A stretch of 64,000 nucleotides of DNA from a virus (IMGVR_UViG_3300030376_006980:22980-86979), one strand, 5' to 3'. Counted from the first letter of the stretch, positions 46,659 to 56,460 are shown. The notes: generated by a model not told the origin, from the letters alone. Program-made: numbers and translations.

Positions 46659-47618
46659 ATGAAACACTTACTTACATTAGAAAAATTCTCTAAACAGTAT
46701 CAACAAAAGATTGATGTTAAAGATTTTAAGAAAATTAAAAAAGGTTCAAAGATCTTATATATGGGTGGCCAAGTTGAGGTAATGGATAATAATGGATATG
46801 TTCTTAAACTCAAAGGAGAAAACGGTAAAACCTTTACAGTAAATAAAAATCAATTTGATCATGGAGGAATGATTAAAGAAGGAGTATTAGATAACATTAC
46901 TTTAATGGCTGATGCATCAAAAAATTATGAAGACTTTAAGAAAAAGTTTAAGAAAGGTTTTCCAAAGATATTTAAATCTACTCCTGATTTTATGGATTGG
47001 TTATACGGAATGTATAAAGACATGGCACCAGACAAAGTAGAAGAAGTTAATGATGGAAAGAAAAAGAAAAAGAAAAAAGAATTCCATCCTGATATGATGT
47101 ATGAATCTAAAGGAAAAAAGGTTGTAAGTGATATTTATAAAGACGGCGGTCAGATTGATTATCTTTCTGATGCTGATGATGACACAAAAAAGATATGGAA
47201 AAAGGCAGGAATTAATCCAGAGGATGATGATATGATTATTCTTTATTCATATGTTAATAACTGGATTCCTACTAAAAAGATTTTAAATAAGTCAAGAATA
47301 AAGTATAAAGAATTAGAAGATCCTAATTCAGCAGGAGAATCTTTTATTGTATTTAATGTTAATGAACTATCATCTCAGCAAGACGGAACCAAAGCATCAG
47401 ACGGTAAACATAAACATGAAGATCATTTAGAAGAAGATCTTGAAGCAATGTGGAAAAAGATTTATGGTGAAGATTTTGTAAAACATTATCCAGCTGTTGC
47501 TAAGATTATCAGACAAAGAAAACTTAAAGATAAAAGAGAAATTGCTAGAATTTGGCAAGATACTTATGGTGAAGATTTTGAAAAAGAATATCCAGCATTA
47601 TACCAAAAACTATCATAA
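46659..47618 (+). CDS. putative head internal polyprotein (start corrected to ATG 46659)
   Basis: MKHLLTLEKF; IKE, VEE, MYE, VNE and LEE junctions; C-terminal W...YGEDF...YPA duplication. Confidence 0.65.
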   Translation: MKHLLTLEKFSKQYQQKIDVKDFKKIKKGSKILYMGGQVEVMDNNGYVLKLKGENGKTFTVNKNQFDHGGMIKEGVLDNITLMADASKNYEDFKKKFKKGFPKIFKSTPDFMDWLYGMYKDMAPDKVEEVNDGKKKKKKKEFHPDMMYESKGKKVVSDIYKDGGQIDYLSDADDDTKKIWKKAGINPEDDDMIILYSYVNNWIPTKKILNKSRIKYKELEDPNSAGESFIVFNVNELSSQQDGTKASDGKHKHEDHLEEDLEAMWKKIYGEDFVKHYPAVAKIIRQRKLKDKREIARIWQDTYGEDFEKEYPALYQKLS

Positions 47619-47944
47619 TGAAATATATTAAACCACTTAATGAAGGAAGACCTATGTTTCAGGATACTCCTAATGAATTTGCATATTTAGATTTTAAAAA
47701 ATGGGCATATAAAAATAGAGGCAAAATTAAAAGAGAACTTTCTAAAATTAATGATGGCACTACATTTTTCATAGCACTTAGAAGAATATGGATGGAATGG
47801 GCAAATAAAGAAGCAAAGGAATGGAGCTATTTACATTCTACTGCTGTGGCTAAAAAAGATTTTGGTAGAGCCTTGGCTACCATGCTAAAAAAGGATGACT
47901 TAATCATCAAAAAACAAGGAAATAAATTAACAGAAATCAAATGA
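47618..47944 (+). CDS. putative head internal protein
   Basis: MKYIKPLNE leader. Confidence 0.65.
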   Translation: MKYIKPLNEGRPMFQDTPNEFAYLDFKKWAYKNRGKIKRELSKINDGTTFFIALRRIWMEWANKEAKEWSYLHSTAVAKKDFGRALATMLKKDDLIIKKQGNKLTEIK

Positions 47945-49314
47945 AAAAACTAATTACACTCATATTTGCGGCTGCTCTATTGGTAGGATGCGGTATGAAT
48001 AAGAAAGGAGATGATTCATCTCCAATACTAGGAGATAATCCTAATTACCCAATGGCATGGTATTTAGATGTTAAAGAAGGATCCTTAGGTGGATGGAATA
48101 CTGGACCTAATGGTTCACCTGCTCAAGGCAGTCCTGCATTAGAAGCTGGGAAGGTTTATGGGTATGTTTCTACCGGAGATCAAAATTGGCTATCTATAAA
48201 TGGTTATAGTAAAGCTGGTGGTACAGAAGGTTATCTTTTTAATGAAACGATAGAGATAGATGGTGGTAAACCAGTTCCGCAAGCAAATTCTAAATGTAAA
48301 ACTTGTTTAACTTTTGAATATGTAAAGGATACTACAATAGCTCCAGCTACAACTCCTGTACATTATTATAAAGTATCTTTTATTAATAAAACTGCTCCAT
48401 ACACTGAAGGATTAATTGATTGGACAAGCGGACAAACAGGTAAAGTTCCTGGTTCTGTTTGGACTTCAGATTATAATTTTGAAGATAAAGGAAGATGGAC
48501 CTCAGATGGTACCTCTACTATACAAGGTACTCAAGAAACAGGTGATCCGACGTTTGGATATAATTACGGAAGTAGAGCTTACCCTGTAAATGTAGTAGAC
48601 GCTCAATATACTACTGATGACAATGCTTATGGTGTTGCTATGAATGGTGTGTGGCAAATAGATATTAAGATTGGTTCAAATGGTGGAACTTCATCACCTG
48701 ACAGCTTATTTTGTGAAACATTTTATTTAGCAGAAAGAGTTAATCAATATTGGGATAACCAATTTTATTTGGATGATAGCCCAAAAGGTGGAAACAATGA
48801 GTATGGTCAATATGGTAGAGAAATTGATATAATGGAAACTAAATGGAAACCTACAGGACCACAGGCAAACTTACCTAATGGTAATCCTTCAGACCCTGCA
48901 TCACATATGAGTTGGAACACTGATTTATCAGGAACTGATGGATATAACAAACAAGAATCAACATGGGATAAAGTATACACTGCCGGTTTTCCTAATGCAA
49001 CTACTTATGCAACATTTGGTGTTGCTATTTTAGATGAAGGTTTATATTTTTATGCATATGATGATCAAGGTAATTGGTTATATGCAGATGGACCTCATGC
49101 AGAAAAAAATGATTCTTATAAACAAACAGGACCTTTTGTACCTTATATTGGTACTTGGACTAAACAAGACTTAGGAACAAAAGGAGCATATAAAAAAGGT
49201 TTGCCAGGAGGTTTTAGTACTTCTTATAAAAACTTTGTTTATAAAACAGTAGCAGAAATGAATGGTAAAAATCCATTAGATAATAAAGATGCTTACGGGC
49301 CAGGTTTAAAATAA
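47941..49314 (+). CDS. lipoprotein with GH16-type catalytic motif
   Basis: Lipobox LLVGC; REIDIMET (ExDxxE); Gly/Trp/Tyr-rich beta content. Confidence 0.6.
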   Translation: MKKLITLIFAAALLVGCGMNKKGDDSSPILGDNPNYPMAWYLDVKEGSLGGWNTGPNGSPAQGSPALEAGKVYGYVSTGDQNWLSINGYSKAGGTEGYLFNETIEIDGGKPVPQANSKCKTCLTFEYVKDTTIAPATTPVHYYKVSFINKTAPYTEGLIDWTSGQTGKVPGSVWTSDYNFEDKGRWTSDGTSTIQGTQETGDPTFGYNYGSRAYPVNVVDAQYTTDDNAYGVAMNGVWQIDIKIGSNGGTSSPDSLFCETFYLAERVNQYWDNQFYLDDSPKGGNNEYGQYGREIDIMETKWKPTGPQANLPNGNPSDPASHMSWNTDLSGTDGYNKQESTWDKVYTAGFPNATTYATFGVAILDEGLYFYAYDDQGNWLYADGPHAEKNDSYKQTGPFVPYIGTWTKQDLGTKGAYKKGLPGGFSTSYKNFVYKTVAEMNGKNPLDNKDAYGPGLK

Positions 49315-49323
49315 ATATTAATA

Positions 49324-49893
49324 ATGAGTAAGATACATTCATATAACGAATTTAGTAATCAAGAATTGATCAAAGAAACCTATGACATCTTAGAAGGTGA
49401 CGTAAGTATGATGGATCTTGATGAAATGTTAAATGAAGGTATCTTTTCATTTATTAAAGGAATATTTGTAAACCCAGGAAAGAAAAGAGCATTAAGAAAA
49501 TTAGGTGATGAACTTTTTAAAGTTAAGTTGGCTATTCAGAAAGAAGAAATTGAAGAAAATAATATTGATAGATTAGAGGCAGAATTAAAATCTAAAGATC
49601 CTAATTATAAAGCATCAGATCGTATACAAATGGCTCGTGATGCAGATTCAGCTAAACTAAAAGCATTAAAAGGCAAAGAAGAAATCTTTATTGAAAGAAT
49701 GGATGCTATTGGTCAAGAAAATAGTACTTTACAAAAATATGTAAATAAGATAAAACTAGAAGTTAGGATGAAAGCTAATGATGCAACTATTAAAATAGCT
49801 GATGACGAAACAAAAAGGCTCTTAAGTAAAATTAAAGAGAAAGATGCTAAACAAATTAAAAAATTGGATAAGGAATTGGCTAAAGCAGCCTAA
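49324..49893 (+). CDS. coiled-coil protein with capsid-targeting-like leader
   Basis: MSKIHSYNEF...LIKE...MLNE. Confidence 0.65.
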   Translation: MSKIHSYNEFSNQELIKETYDILEGDVSMMDLDEMLNEGIFSFIKGIFVNPGKKRALRKLGDELFKVKLAIQKEEIEENNIDRLEAELKSKDPNYKASDRIQMARDADSAKLKALKGKEEIFIERMDAIGQENSTLQKYVNKIKLEVRMKANDATIKIADDETKRLLSKIKEKDAKQIKKLDKELAKAA

Positions 49894-49939
49894 AGAATAT
49901 CCTGTTGATGACTGGGATAATTGGTATCCTGATAGATAA
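49844..49939 (+). CDS. 31-aa ORF overlapping the upstream gene in the +1 frame
   Basis: MLNKLKNWIRNWLKQPKEYPVDDWDNWYPDR ends 2 nt before the terminator. Confidence 0.4.
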   Translation: MLNKLKNWIRNWLKQPKEYPVDDWDNWYPDR

Positions 49940-49941
49940 AG

Positions 49942-49967
49942 AAAAGCTGGCTTATGCCGGCTTTTTT
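49942..49967 (+). terminator. rho-independent terminator
   Basis: AAAAGCTGGC-TTAT-GCCGGCTTTT followed by TT. Confidence 0.9.
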
Positions 49968-50049
49968 GTTTACACGAAGTTAACATTAAATTTACAATTA
50001 ATTAATATGTAAAGATGAAACTTTAGGTATTTTTCTCTATAAATAATAT

Positions 50050-50130
50050 ATGGAAACTAAAACTAAACTCGACATTACACCAGCAATTTATATCTTAATT
50101 ATGATTGTAGTTTTTGCACTAGGAATCTAA
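50050..50130 (+). CDS. 26-aa single-TM peptide (not in ORF track)
   Basis: METKTKLDITPAIYILIMIVVFALGI; follows AAAC-N15-CTATAAAT. Confidence 0.5.
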   Translation: METKTKLDITPAIYILIMIVVFALGI

Positions 50131-50195
50131 TATATAATTCACAGTTCTTTCAGCTCATAACGTTGAGCTCAAACTCCAAAATAATTTATTACACA

Positions 50196-50816
50196 ATGAA
50201 GAAATTCTTATCAGCCTTTTATGGCCTTTTTCTAGTTACAGGCATATTTGCACAGCAGTGCGATTTAGAAATGCTTAATATGGATTGGGATGACCAAACT
50301 ATAACATTAACTTTAACTGATAATGTTTGTTCCAATTCATCAACACCTTCGTGGGTACCTTATCCTGATTCCGTATATGCCGTGCAATTAGGATTAAGTT
50401 ATGGTGGTACTACTTGTATCATTCCATCTAATTCTACTAATTTTTATCCTCCTCTAGGATTAAATGATACTATCACATATTCATTCTCTGATTGGACTGA
50501 TCCTTTCAGTTGTTTCGATAATGCATTTACTTATTACCAAGAAACTTGTATGGCTACTGTTTCTGTTGTAGGTCCTAATAATTCTATTAACTTAGATATG
50601 AATAATGGAAACAACTATATAGGATTTAATCCTGTGTGGGATAACTGTTATGATGTAGTTAATGTTACTGAATTAGTAAATGTTAACAATGAAGTGATAG
50701 GTGTATTTGATCTTCTAGGTAGATATATTCAAAAAGATATAATTGGATTAGAACCTGGAGAATTATATTTAATCAAATATAATGATGGCACCATAACAAA
50801 ATTGCTTTTTAACTAA
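50196..50816 (+). CDS. secreted protein with T9SS-like C-terminal domain (start corrected to ATG 50196)
   Basis: Signal peptide ending IFAQQ; C-terminal VFDLLGR...LYLIKYNDGTITK. Confidence 0.7.
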   Translation: MKKFLSAFYGLFLVTGIFAQQCDLEMLNMDWDDQTITLTLTDNVCSNSSTPSWVPYPDSVYAVQLGLSYGGTTCIIPSNSTNFYPPLGLNDTITYSFSDWTDPFSCFDNAFTYYQETCMATVSVVGPNNSINLDMNNGNNYIGFNPVWDNCYDVVNVTELVNVNNEVIGVFDLLGRYIQKDIIGLEPGELYLIKYNDGTITKLLFN

Positions 50817-50864
50817 TCTCCACTATATTATACATCTTGAAGTCCTTTTTAAGATATATAATAC

Positions 50865-51938
50865 ATGAGATACATTAAATTACTTATTCTATTTTTCATA
50901 TTTAGTTTTGATGCAGTAGGACAATCACCACTATGTCCATCAACCTCAACCAATTTTGGTTACGAGCGTGTAAATTCAATAACTATAAATGGACAAAGCT
51001 ATACAGTAAATACTGGTTGGAGTGGTCCTGGTTATGTGGATCATACAAGCACACCGGTACCAACAATAACAGCTAATGATACAATTCAGTTGGATTATCA
51101 GATTCAAACAACTGGAAGTTATAATCAATTCTTTAAGTTATGGATTGATTTTAATGGGAATGGTGATTTAACTGATGCCGGTGAATTAGTACACTCTTCT
51201 TCATCGGTTGTGAATGGTGTACAAAATTTTACGAATACATTTATAGTACCGGACTCTGTTTACAATGGAGAGGTTTACATGAGATTTATTATGGTGTATT
51301 CATCATCTCCTACTTTATGTGGAAATTATTCTTATGGAAATACCGTTGACTTTAAAACTGATATTGTTGGAGCGGCGGATTCTATTTCAGCTGATGGTTA
51401 TGTAAAAGGTGCAGAAGAACAAGGTTTAGCTGGTGTACCTGTCAAATTATTAATACAACCTAAAGGTCAAACTGGATTTAATTACACCGAAGCAGATTCT
51501 ACATTAACCGATTCAATTGGATATTACCAATTTGACACAAACATAAACTATAATGATTATGATTATACAATAAACATTTATCCAGATTTAGATCTTCCAG
51601 AAACCACAGACATTGTTTGGTTTACGGATAGGATTTTAACAGGACCTGTTAGTTCTAAAGATTATTGGAGGATGGATGTTAACAACTCTGGGGAATTCTC
51701 AGTGTCTGATATTTTCTTAATGCATCAGATGAGACAAGGTAACATTACAAATTATCCTGGATCTGGACAGACACTATGGAACACAAACTATTTTCAACAG
51801 CCTTATATTTGGGATGCTGTTAAAATAGATACCGATGATAAAACAATTATCCCAGGATACGGACAATGGTCGCTCTTTGATTTACTCAACGAAAACCAAA
51901 CAACCTTTTATGTCATAGGGGCGGGACATAAAAACTAA
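50865..51938 (+). CDS. secreted GEVED-domain protein with dockerin-like segment
   Basis: Signal peptide; YERVNSITING...WIDFNGNGDLTDAGE...MRF...YGNTVDF (GEVED-type); DVNNSGEFSVSD (dockerin-like EF hand). Confidence 0.75.
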   Translation: MRYIKLLILFFIFSFDAVGQSPLCPSTSTNFGYERVNSITINGQSYTVNTGWSGPGYVDHTSTPVPTITANDTIQLDYQIQTTGSYNQFFKLWIDFNGNGDLTDAGELVHSSSSVVNGVQNFTNTFIVPDSVYNGEVYMRFIMVYSSSPTLCGNYSYGNTVDFKTDIVGAADSISADGYVKGAEEQGLAGVPVKLLIQPKGQTGFNYTEADSTLTDSIGYYQFDTNINYNDYDYTINIYPDLDLPETTDIVWFTDRILTGPVSSKDYWRMDVNNSGEFSVSDIFLMHQMRQGNITNYPGSGQTLWNTNYFQQPYIWDAVKIDTDDKTIIPGYGQWSLFDLLNENQTTFYVIGAGHKN

Positions 51939-51954
51939 AAAAAATTAAAAACAA

Positions 51955-53049
51955 ATGAAAACGAAAAACATTCTTTTAACCTTACTTTTGGTAATGGGCT
52001 CGGTATTTGCTTTTGGGCAAACAACAGCTCCTGATGCTACCAAGCCATGGGTTATTTTAGATTCAACGTATTCTTTAGAAGCTGTAACATCGAGCACTAA
52101 CACTAGTGTAGATGTTTATTACGACAATACCTCAGGTAATGTGGTAAAGGGTATTCAATTCTCATTTAGTTATGATAATACTGTTTTTGATTCTCCAACT
52201 GTTACATATAATTCTACATCAGGACCTGTAGGTTATATGGCTACAGATGTAGATACAACAAACGGAATTGTTAAAGTTTTATGGGTTTATGATGGAGCAT
52301 CAACAACTTTTGATATTATTGCAGGTAATATGTTCTCGGTTGACTTACCTTTTCAATCAGGCTATGCTAATGGTACAGTTGCAGGTTTAGATTTTACAAC
52401 TGACTTAACTGCATATTATGCAAAGTCGGATGGAACCGATGGTACTTTAGGTACACAAGATAATGGAGGTAACTTTGTTGAACCTACATTTGATTATACA
52501 GCTACTATTTTAAACAGTGCTACTAATCCAGCAGAATCTATTCCAGTTATTTTACAAAAATCATCGGATGGTTCAACTTGGAGTGATGTGGCAACAGTAA
52601 CAACTGCTGTTGATGGAACAGCTGTATTCTCAGAATTTATTGATCAAGGTTATTGGCAAATCAGATTAAAGATTGAAAGTGGTTTAGATGCTAGTACAGC
52701 ATTATCCACAGCAGATGCTAATATGATTGCACAAATTGCTGCAGGTGTTCAATCTGCATCAGGTGTTCAGTTCTATTCAGCAAACCCAAATCAAGCTAAC
52801 GGGATAACTGCTTCTGATTCATACTTAGTATTTGCTAGGTTAGCTCAAGGTAATTCAAATTATCCTGCTAACCCAGATGTATTGTTCTTTACTGAAGCAC
52901 AGTACATGACTATTGATGCTGCTAACACAGATCAATCAGGTACAATACCAGGTCAGTCAGAATTTTTATCTCCTCAAATAAATGGTACAACGTCAGGTAA
53001 CTTTTACCTAATTATTTTAGGTGATGCCAACAGTACTGGTTTGAATTAA
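51955..53049 (+). CDS. secreted cohesin-like + dockerin-like protein
   Basis: Signal peptide ending AFGQ; VKGIQFSFSYDNTVF (cohesin-like); LSTADA and NPNQANGITASDSYL (dockerin-like); closing GDANSTG. Confidence 0.7.
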   Translation: MKTKNILLTLLLVMGSVFAFGQTTAPDATKPWVILDSTYSLEAVTSSTNTSVDVYYDNTSGNVVKGIQFSFSYDNTVFDSPTVTYNSTSGPVGYMATDVDTTNGIVKVLWVYDGASTTFDIIAGNMFSVDLPFQSGYANGTVAGLDFTTDLTAYYAKSDGTDGTLGTQDNGGNFVEPTFDYTATILNSATNPAESIPVILQKSSDGSTWSDVATVTTAVDGTAVFSEFIDQGYWQIRLKIESGLDASTALSTADANMIAQIAAGVQSASGVQFYSANPNQANGITASDSYLVFARLAQGNSNYPANPDVLFFTEAQYMTIDAANTDQSGTIPGQSEFLSPQINGTTSGNFYLIILGDANSTGLN

Positions 53050-53050
53050 T

Positions 53051-53788
53051 ATGAGGACTATACTATTAACATTACTGTTATTACTAACAGCAAGCGCTCA
53101 GTCTCAGGTCGTATTTAATGTACCTGAGATTGAAGTGCCCGTTAGTGAATTCATTAACTTACCTGTAGAAATTGAAACAGCAGGTGAGGATGTTGGTAGT
53201 TTAGAGTTTGCTTTAAATTATGATACTAATTTTTTAGAATTTGTATCAATAAGTGTTACAGCTAAAGCACAAGAATGGTTAACCTATACTATGGACTGGG
53301 AAGGTGAAACTGTTAGGTGGGGTGGTTATGATGCATCTTTTGGTACCTATACCATAAGTAATACTACCGAGTTATTCACTTTAAGATTTAGAGTCATTAG
53401 CCAAGATTGGGATACTATACCTATTACGATTGGTAGAAAAACAGCAGGAACAGAATTAGGTTGGGATATTGAAGTTGAAAATACTGATGGGTATGTTAAT
53501 AAAAGAATGGCACCATTTGAAACCAAACCTATGGATGGAATTTATGGATTGGTTTATCCAGTTCCAACACAAGGTTTGTTAACATTTGATTTAACAGTAC
53601 CTGACAACGGTGATTATGAAATTAGAGTAATCAATTATAATGGAGTGATATACAAAAGCTTTAAGAAAAAATTCTTTAGTGGATATGTTTCATTCCAAAC
53701 AGATTTATCTGATTTAGCACAAGGAATTTATTTATTACAAATAACAAATGGTGTGTACGTAAAAACATTCAAAATAATAAAGAAATAA
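53051..53788 (+). CDS. cohesin-like domain protein with T9SS type A sorting domain
   Basis: INLPVEI...VGSLEFALNYDTNFLEF; VYPVPT...DLSDLAQGIYLLQI...KTFKIIK. Confidence 0.8.
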   Translation: MRTILLTLLLLLTASAQSQVVFNVPEIEVPVSEFINLPVEIETAGEDVGSLEFALNYDTNFLEFVSISVTAKAQEWLTYTMDWEGETVRWGGYDASFGTYTISNTTELFTLRFRVISQDWDTIPITIGRKTAGTELGWDIEVENTDGYVNKRMAPFETKPMDGIYGLVYPVPTQGLLTFDLTVPDNGDYEIRVINYNGVIYKSFKKKFFSGYVSFQTDLSDLAQGIYLLQITNGVYVKTFKIIKK

Positions 53789-53789
53789 G

Positions 53790-54050
53790 ATGAAAGATAA
53801 AAAGGGAGGGTTCTTTTCAGAAATTAAGAATCAAATAGTAACTGGGGTAGGTTTAGTTATAACAGCAGCTTTTGGTTTATTGATAGCCAATATGCAATCT
53901 ATATTTAAACCTAAAGAAGAAAAAGTAAATCCACCTGTCATGGAGCAAAGAATCAATACCCCAAATAATGTAAAGGATACTTTGGTAATAACCAAAACAA
54001 TAGTTATACCTCCTAAGGAAGATAAAAAAGAAGAAGAGATATCATGGTAA
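53790..54050 (+). CDS. small membrane-anchored protein
   Basis: Single TM helix followed by a Pro/Thr-rich tail. Confidence 0.65.
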   Translation: MKDKKGGFFSEIKNQIVTGVGLVITAAFGLLIANMQSIFKPKEEKVNPPVMEQRINTPNNVKDTLVITKTIVIPPKEDKKEEEISW

Positions 54051-54748
54051 GAATATTTTTAATTGCATTGCTTTTATTTAATCTTACAGCTAATGCTCAA
54101 ATAGGAAAAACTGAAACTGAAGACTATAAGGCTGGCTTTGAACAAAAATCAGACATAGATGAGGTATCAGATTATATGTTGGATTATCAATTACCTATTC
54201 AAGTTTTAAATATTGGCTTTACTCCAGAATTATATGAGTTCTATCCAGAGTTAAGAGAAAACCGAGTAGGACTTGGTGTAAGTAACATTACTTTATCTTA
54301 TTTGGAATGGACTGATAGATTTTTATTTACTGAAGATAAAGAAGAAATCAAACAAAGGATGGTAAAACAACATAAAGCCGCTGCTAAAGGTATATCTTCA
54401 AATGATATTAAAGTTGTAGGTAATGTTGTATTGGCAGAATATTTTGTTTATGTAGAAATATATGATTATTCTGTATCAGAGGAAGAAGAAGTTACAACTA
54501 ATGGTGTAAAGACAGTTCTTAAAACTATTATTGGTATGCAAGTAAGATTTGTTAATGCTGAAACAGGAACAATCTTTACAGGAAGCGGAAGCGGTGAAGC
54601 AGTTACAATTAAAAGAAGTCAGATTGGTGAAGATAATGAAGTTAAGTTTAATAAATCAACAATCGGTATTGCAACCAAGAAGGCTTTGGAAACTGCATCA
54701 GCTCGTATCATAAAAAGAATGATTAAGCGTGGAATATTTGAAGAATAA
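54044..54748 (+). CDS. CsgG/HfaB-like secreted protein
   Basis: Signal peptide ending ANAQ; RF...E...AEYFVYVEI...VRFVNAETG...GSGEA...STIGIATKKALETA pattern. Confidence 0.7.
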   Translation: MVRIFLIALLLFNLTANAQIGKTETEDYKAGFEQKSDIDEVSDYMLDYQLPIQVLNIGFTPELYEFYPELRENRVGLGVSNITLSYLEWTDRFLFTEDKEEIKQRMVKQHKAAAKGISSNDIKVVGNVVLAEYFVYVEIYDYSVSEEEEVTTNGVKTVLKTIIGMQVRFVNAETGTIFTGSGSGEAVTIKRSQIGEDNEVKFNKSTIGIATKKALETASARIIKRMIKRGIFEE

Positions 54749-56021
54749 AATTTTAATTCTATTATTGTGTTTACCGTTTGCTACTTTTGGCCAATGGTCT
54801 TATACATTTACAGATCCTTGTACTTTAAATCAGCAAACAATCCAAATGGGTTCTAGTAATTCTATTGCTTTAAATTATTTTGGAAATGTTCAAACATTTA
54901 CACAGACCGATTTTACAAACGGTACATTTGATTCATGGATGAATTTAGTTACACAAGCTAATAGTTCCTCACCTTGTGAAAGCGTAACACAAGTGATTAT
55001 GAATACTTCAAATACTATTGCTATTCAGAATACTATCCTAGTTGTTACAAATGTTATGTCAATATTAGGTGGAGAGATGTTACCTAAAGCAATATCAGCA
55101 TCAGCAGTTCCAGTTGCAGAAGCTATAGATAATGCAGCAGGCGAAGAAGAAGAAAAGAAAAAGAAAGGTTCATCTAAAAATCAAAATAGTAATACCAGTT
55201 CTGAAAATCAAAACAGCACATCAAGCAATACAAATGAAAGTAATAGTGGAGAAGGTGGTAGTGGAGAAGGATCTGCTTCTGGTTCTGGTAACGTAGATGG
55301 AACTGAAGAAGAGGAAAATGAAGGTGGTGTAAACTTATCATTAGCTAATTCCATTTCAAATGTATTGGATGGTGGTGATGAAGATAATAAAAATAGAGGA
55401 TCATTAATTGCATCAGGTGATATTATAGTTATTGACAATAGAGATAATTCAAATGGCCAACAGTTAAAGGTAGTAGGTTCTATTACACAAGCAAATGCAG
55501 AACAAAATAGAATTCAAGGTGCTCTTTTTACATACACATCTGTTACTCATGATTTTAGTTTAACATTTTACAAATCTTGGATTAATCCTAACAAAACTTT
55601 TAACTTAGTAGGAGCCAATACAACGATGACTGATTTTGACCAAAATCATTTTAATACTACAACAGCTTTGGAATCATGGAAGTGGGGTAAAGTTACAGGT
55701 ATGGCTGGAGCTAACTTTACATTTGGTAAATTAGGAAAAAGAAATTTGCAAAACTTATCAGCTGTGGCTGGTGCTCATAGAAATTTTAGAATCAGTCCAA
55801 GGGTTACTACCTCAACATTAATACTAGGTGTTTATTCACCGTTCACTCAATTTTATGAAGGTAAGTGGTGGGATCCTGGTGTTTTGATAGTTCCATTTAG
55901 TTCATGGGATATTAAGATAACAAAAACTTTTAAATATAATATCAGTTTTACTGGTGTTTGGCATTCTAACGGTAATGCTTTAAACTATCAAATTTTAACT
56001 GGTGGCAAAATAAGATTTTAA
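54729..56021 (+). CDS. secreted protein with low-complexity linker and C-terminal outer-membrane beta-barrel
   Basis: Signal peptide; Ser/Asn/Gly/Glu linker; amphipathic strands ending ILTGGKIRF. Confidence 0.7.
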   Translation: MEYLKNKILILLLCLPFATFGQWSYTFTDPCTLNQQTIQMGSSNSIALNYFGNVQTFTQTDFTNGTFDSWMNLVTQANSSSPCESVTQVIMNTSNTIAIQNTILVVTNVMSILGGEMLPKAISASAVPVAEAIDNAAGEEEEKKKKGSSKNQNSNTSSENQNSTSSNTNESNSGEGGSGEGSASGSGNVDGTEEEENEGGVNLSLANSISNVLDGGDEDNKNRGSLIASGDIIVIDNRDNSNGQQLKVVGSITQANAEQNRIQGALFTYTSVTHDFSLTFYKSWINPNKTFNLVGANTTMTDFDQNHFNTTTALESWKWGKVTGMAGANFTFGKLGKRNLQNLSAVAGAHRNFRISPRVTTSTLILGVYSPFTQFYEGKWWDPGVLIVPFSSWDIKITKTFKYNISFTGVWHSNGNALNYQILTGGKIRF

Positions 56022-56022
56022 T

Positions 56023-56460
56023 ATGAAGAATTTAATTATAGCATTAATGTTTTTACCTATGCTTTCTTTTTCACAGGAATGTTATACTGTGGCTAGAGTA
56101 GGTACCCAAATAGAGATGGAAGAAATGAGTAAGAACCGTATTGTTTTCGGAATTAAGCAAATGGTTGAAGATATTATTTCAGACAAATATGAATTATGTA
56201 TGGATGGCAAACCTGTAATAATAGTTGTGAAATCAATCGAAGCTCCAACAACTGGAATTGAATTAGGCCCATGGACTAAAGTTAGTAAAAAAACTATCGT
56301 GAAGTTACTAATCTATATGGATGGCAAAGAAATTGCAGTAGAAGGAAAAGCTAAATCAACAGTTGAGGCAACTTTCATAGATCTTAATAATGATAAATTA
56401 GCTTTCAGTAAAACTGCATTTTCATCAGCAGTCAAAAAAGCAATTGAAAAAGCACTTTAA
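56023..56460 (+). CDS. short CsgG-like paralog
   Basis: Signal peptide; C-terminal GKAKST...FSKTAFSSAVKKAIEKAL parallels the C-terminus of 54044. Confidence 0.55.
   Translation: MKNLIIALMFLPMLSFSQECYTVARVGTQIEMEEMSKNRIVFGIKQMVEDIISDKYELCMDGKPVIIVVKSIEAPTTGIELGPWTKVSKKTIVKLLIYMDGKEIAVEGKAKSTVEATFIDLNNDKLAFSKTAFSSAVKKAIEKAL

Noticed and set aside
47055-47082. A-rich run encoding KKKKKKK as a programmed frameshift site
   Set aside because: The frame continues normally and no downstream structure or alternative long frame is evident.
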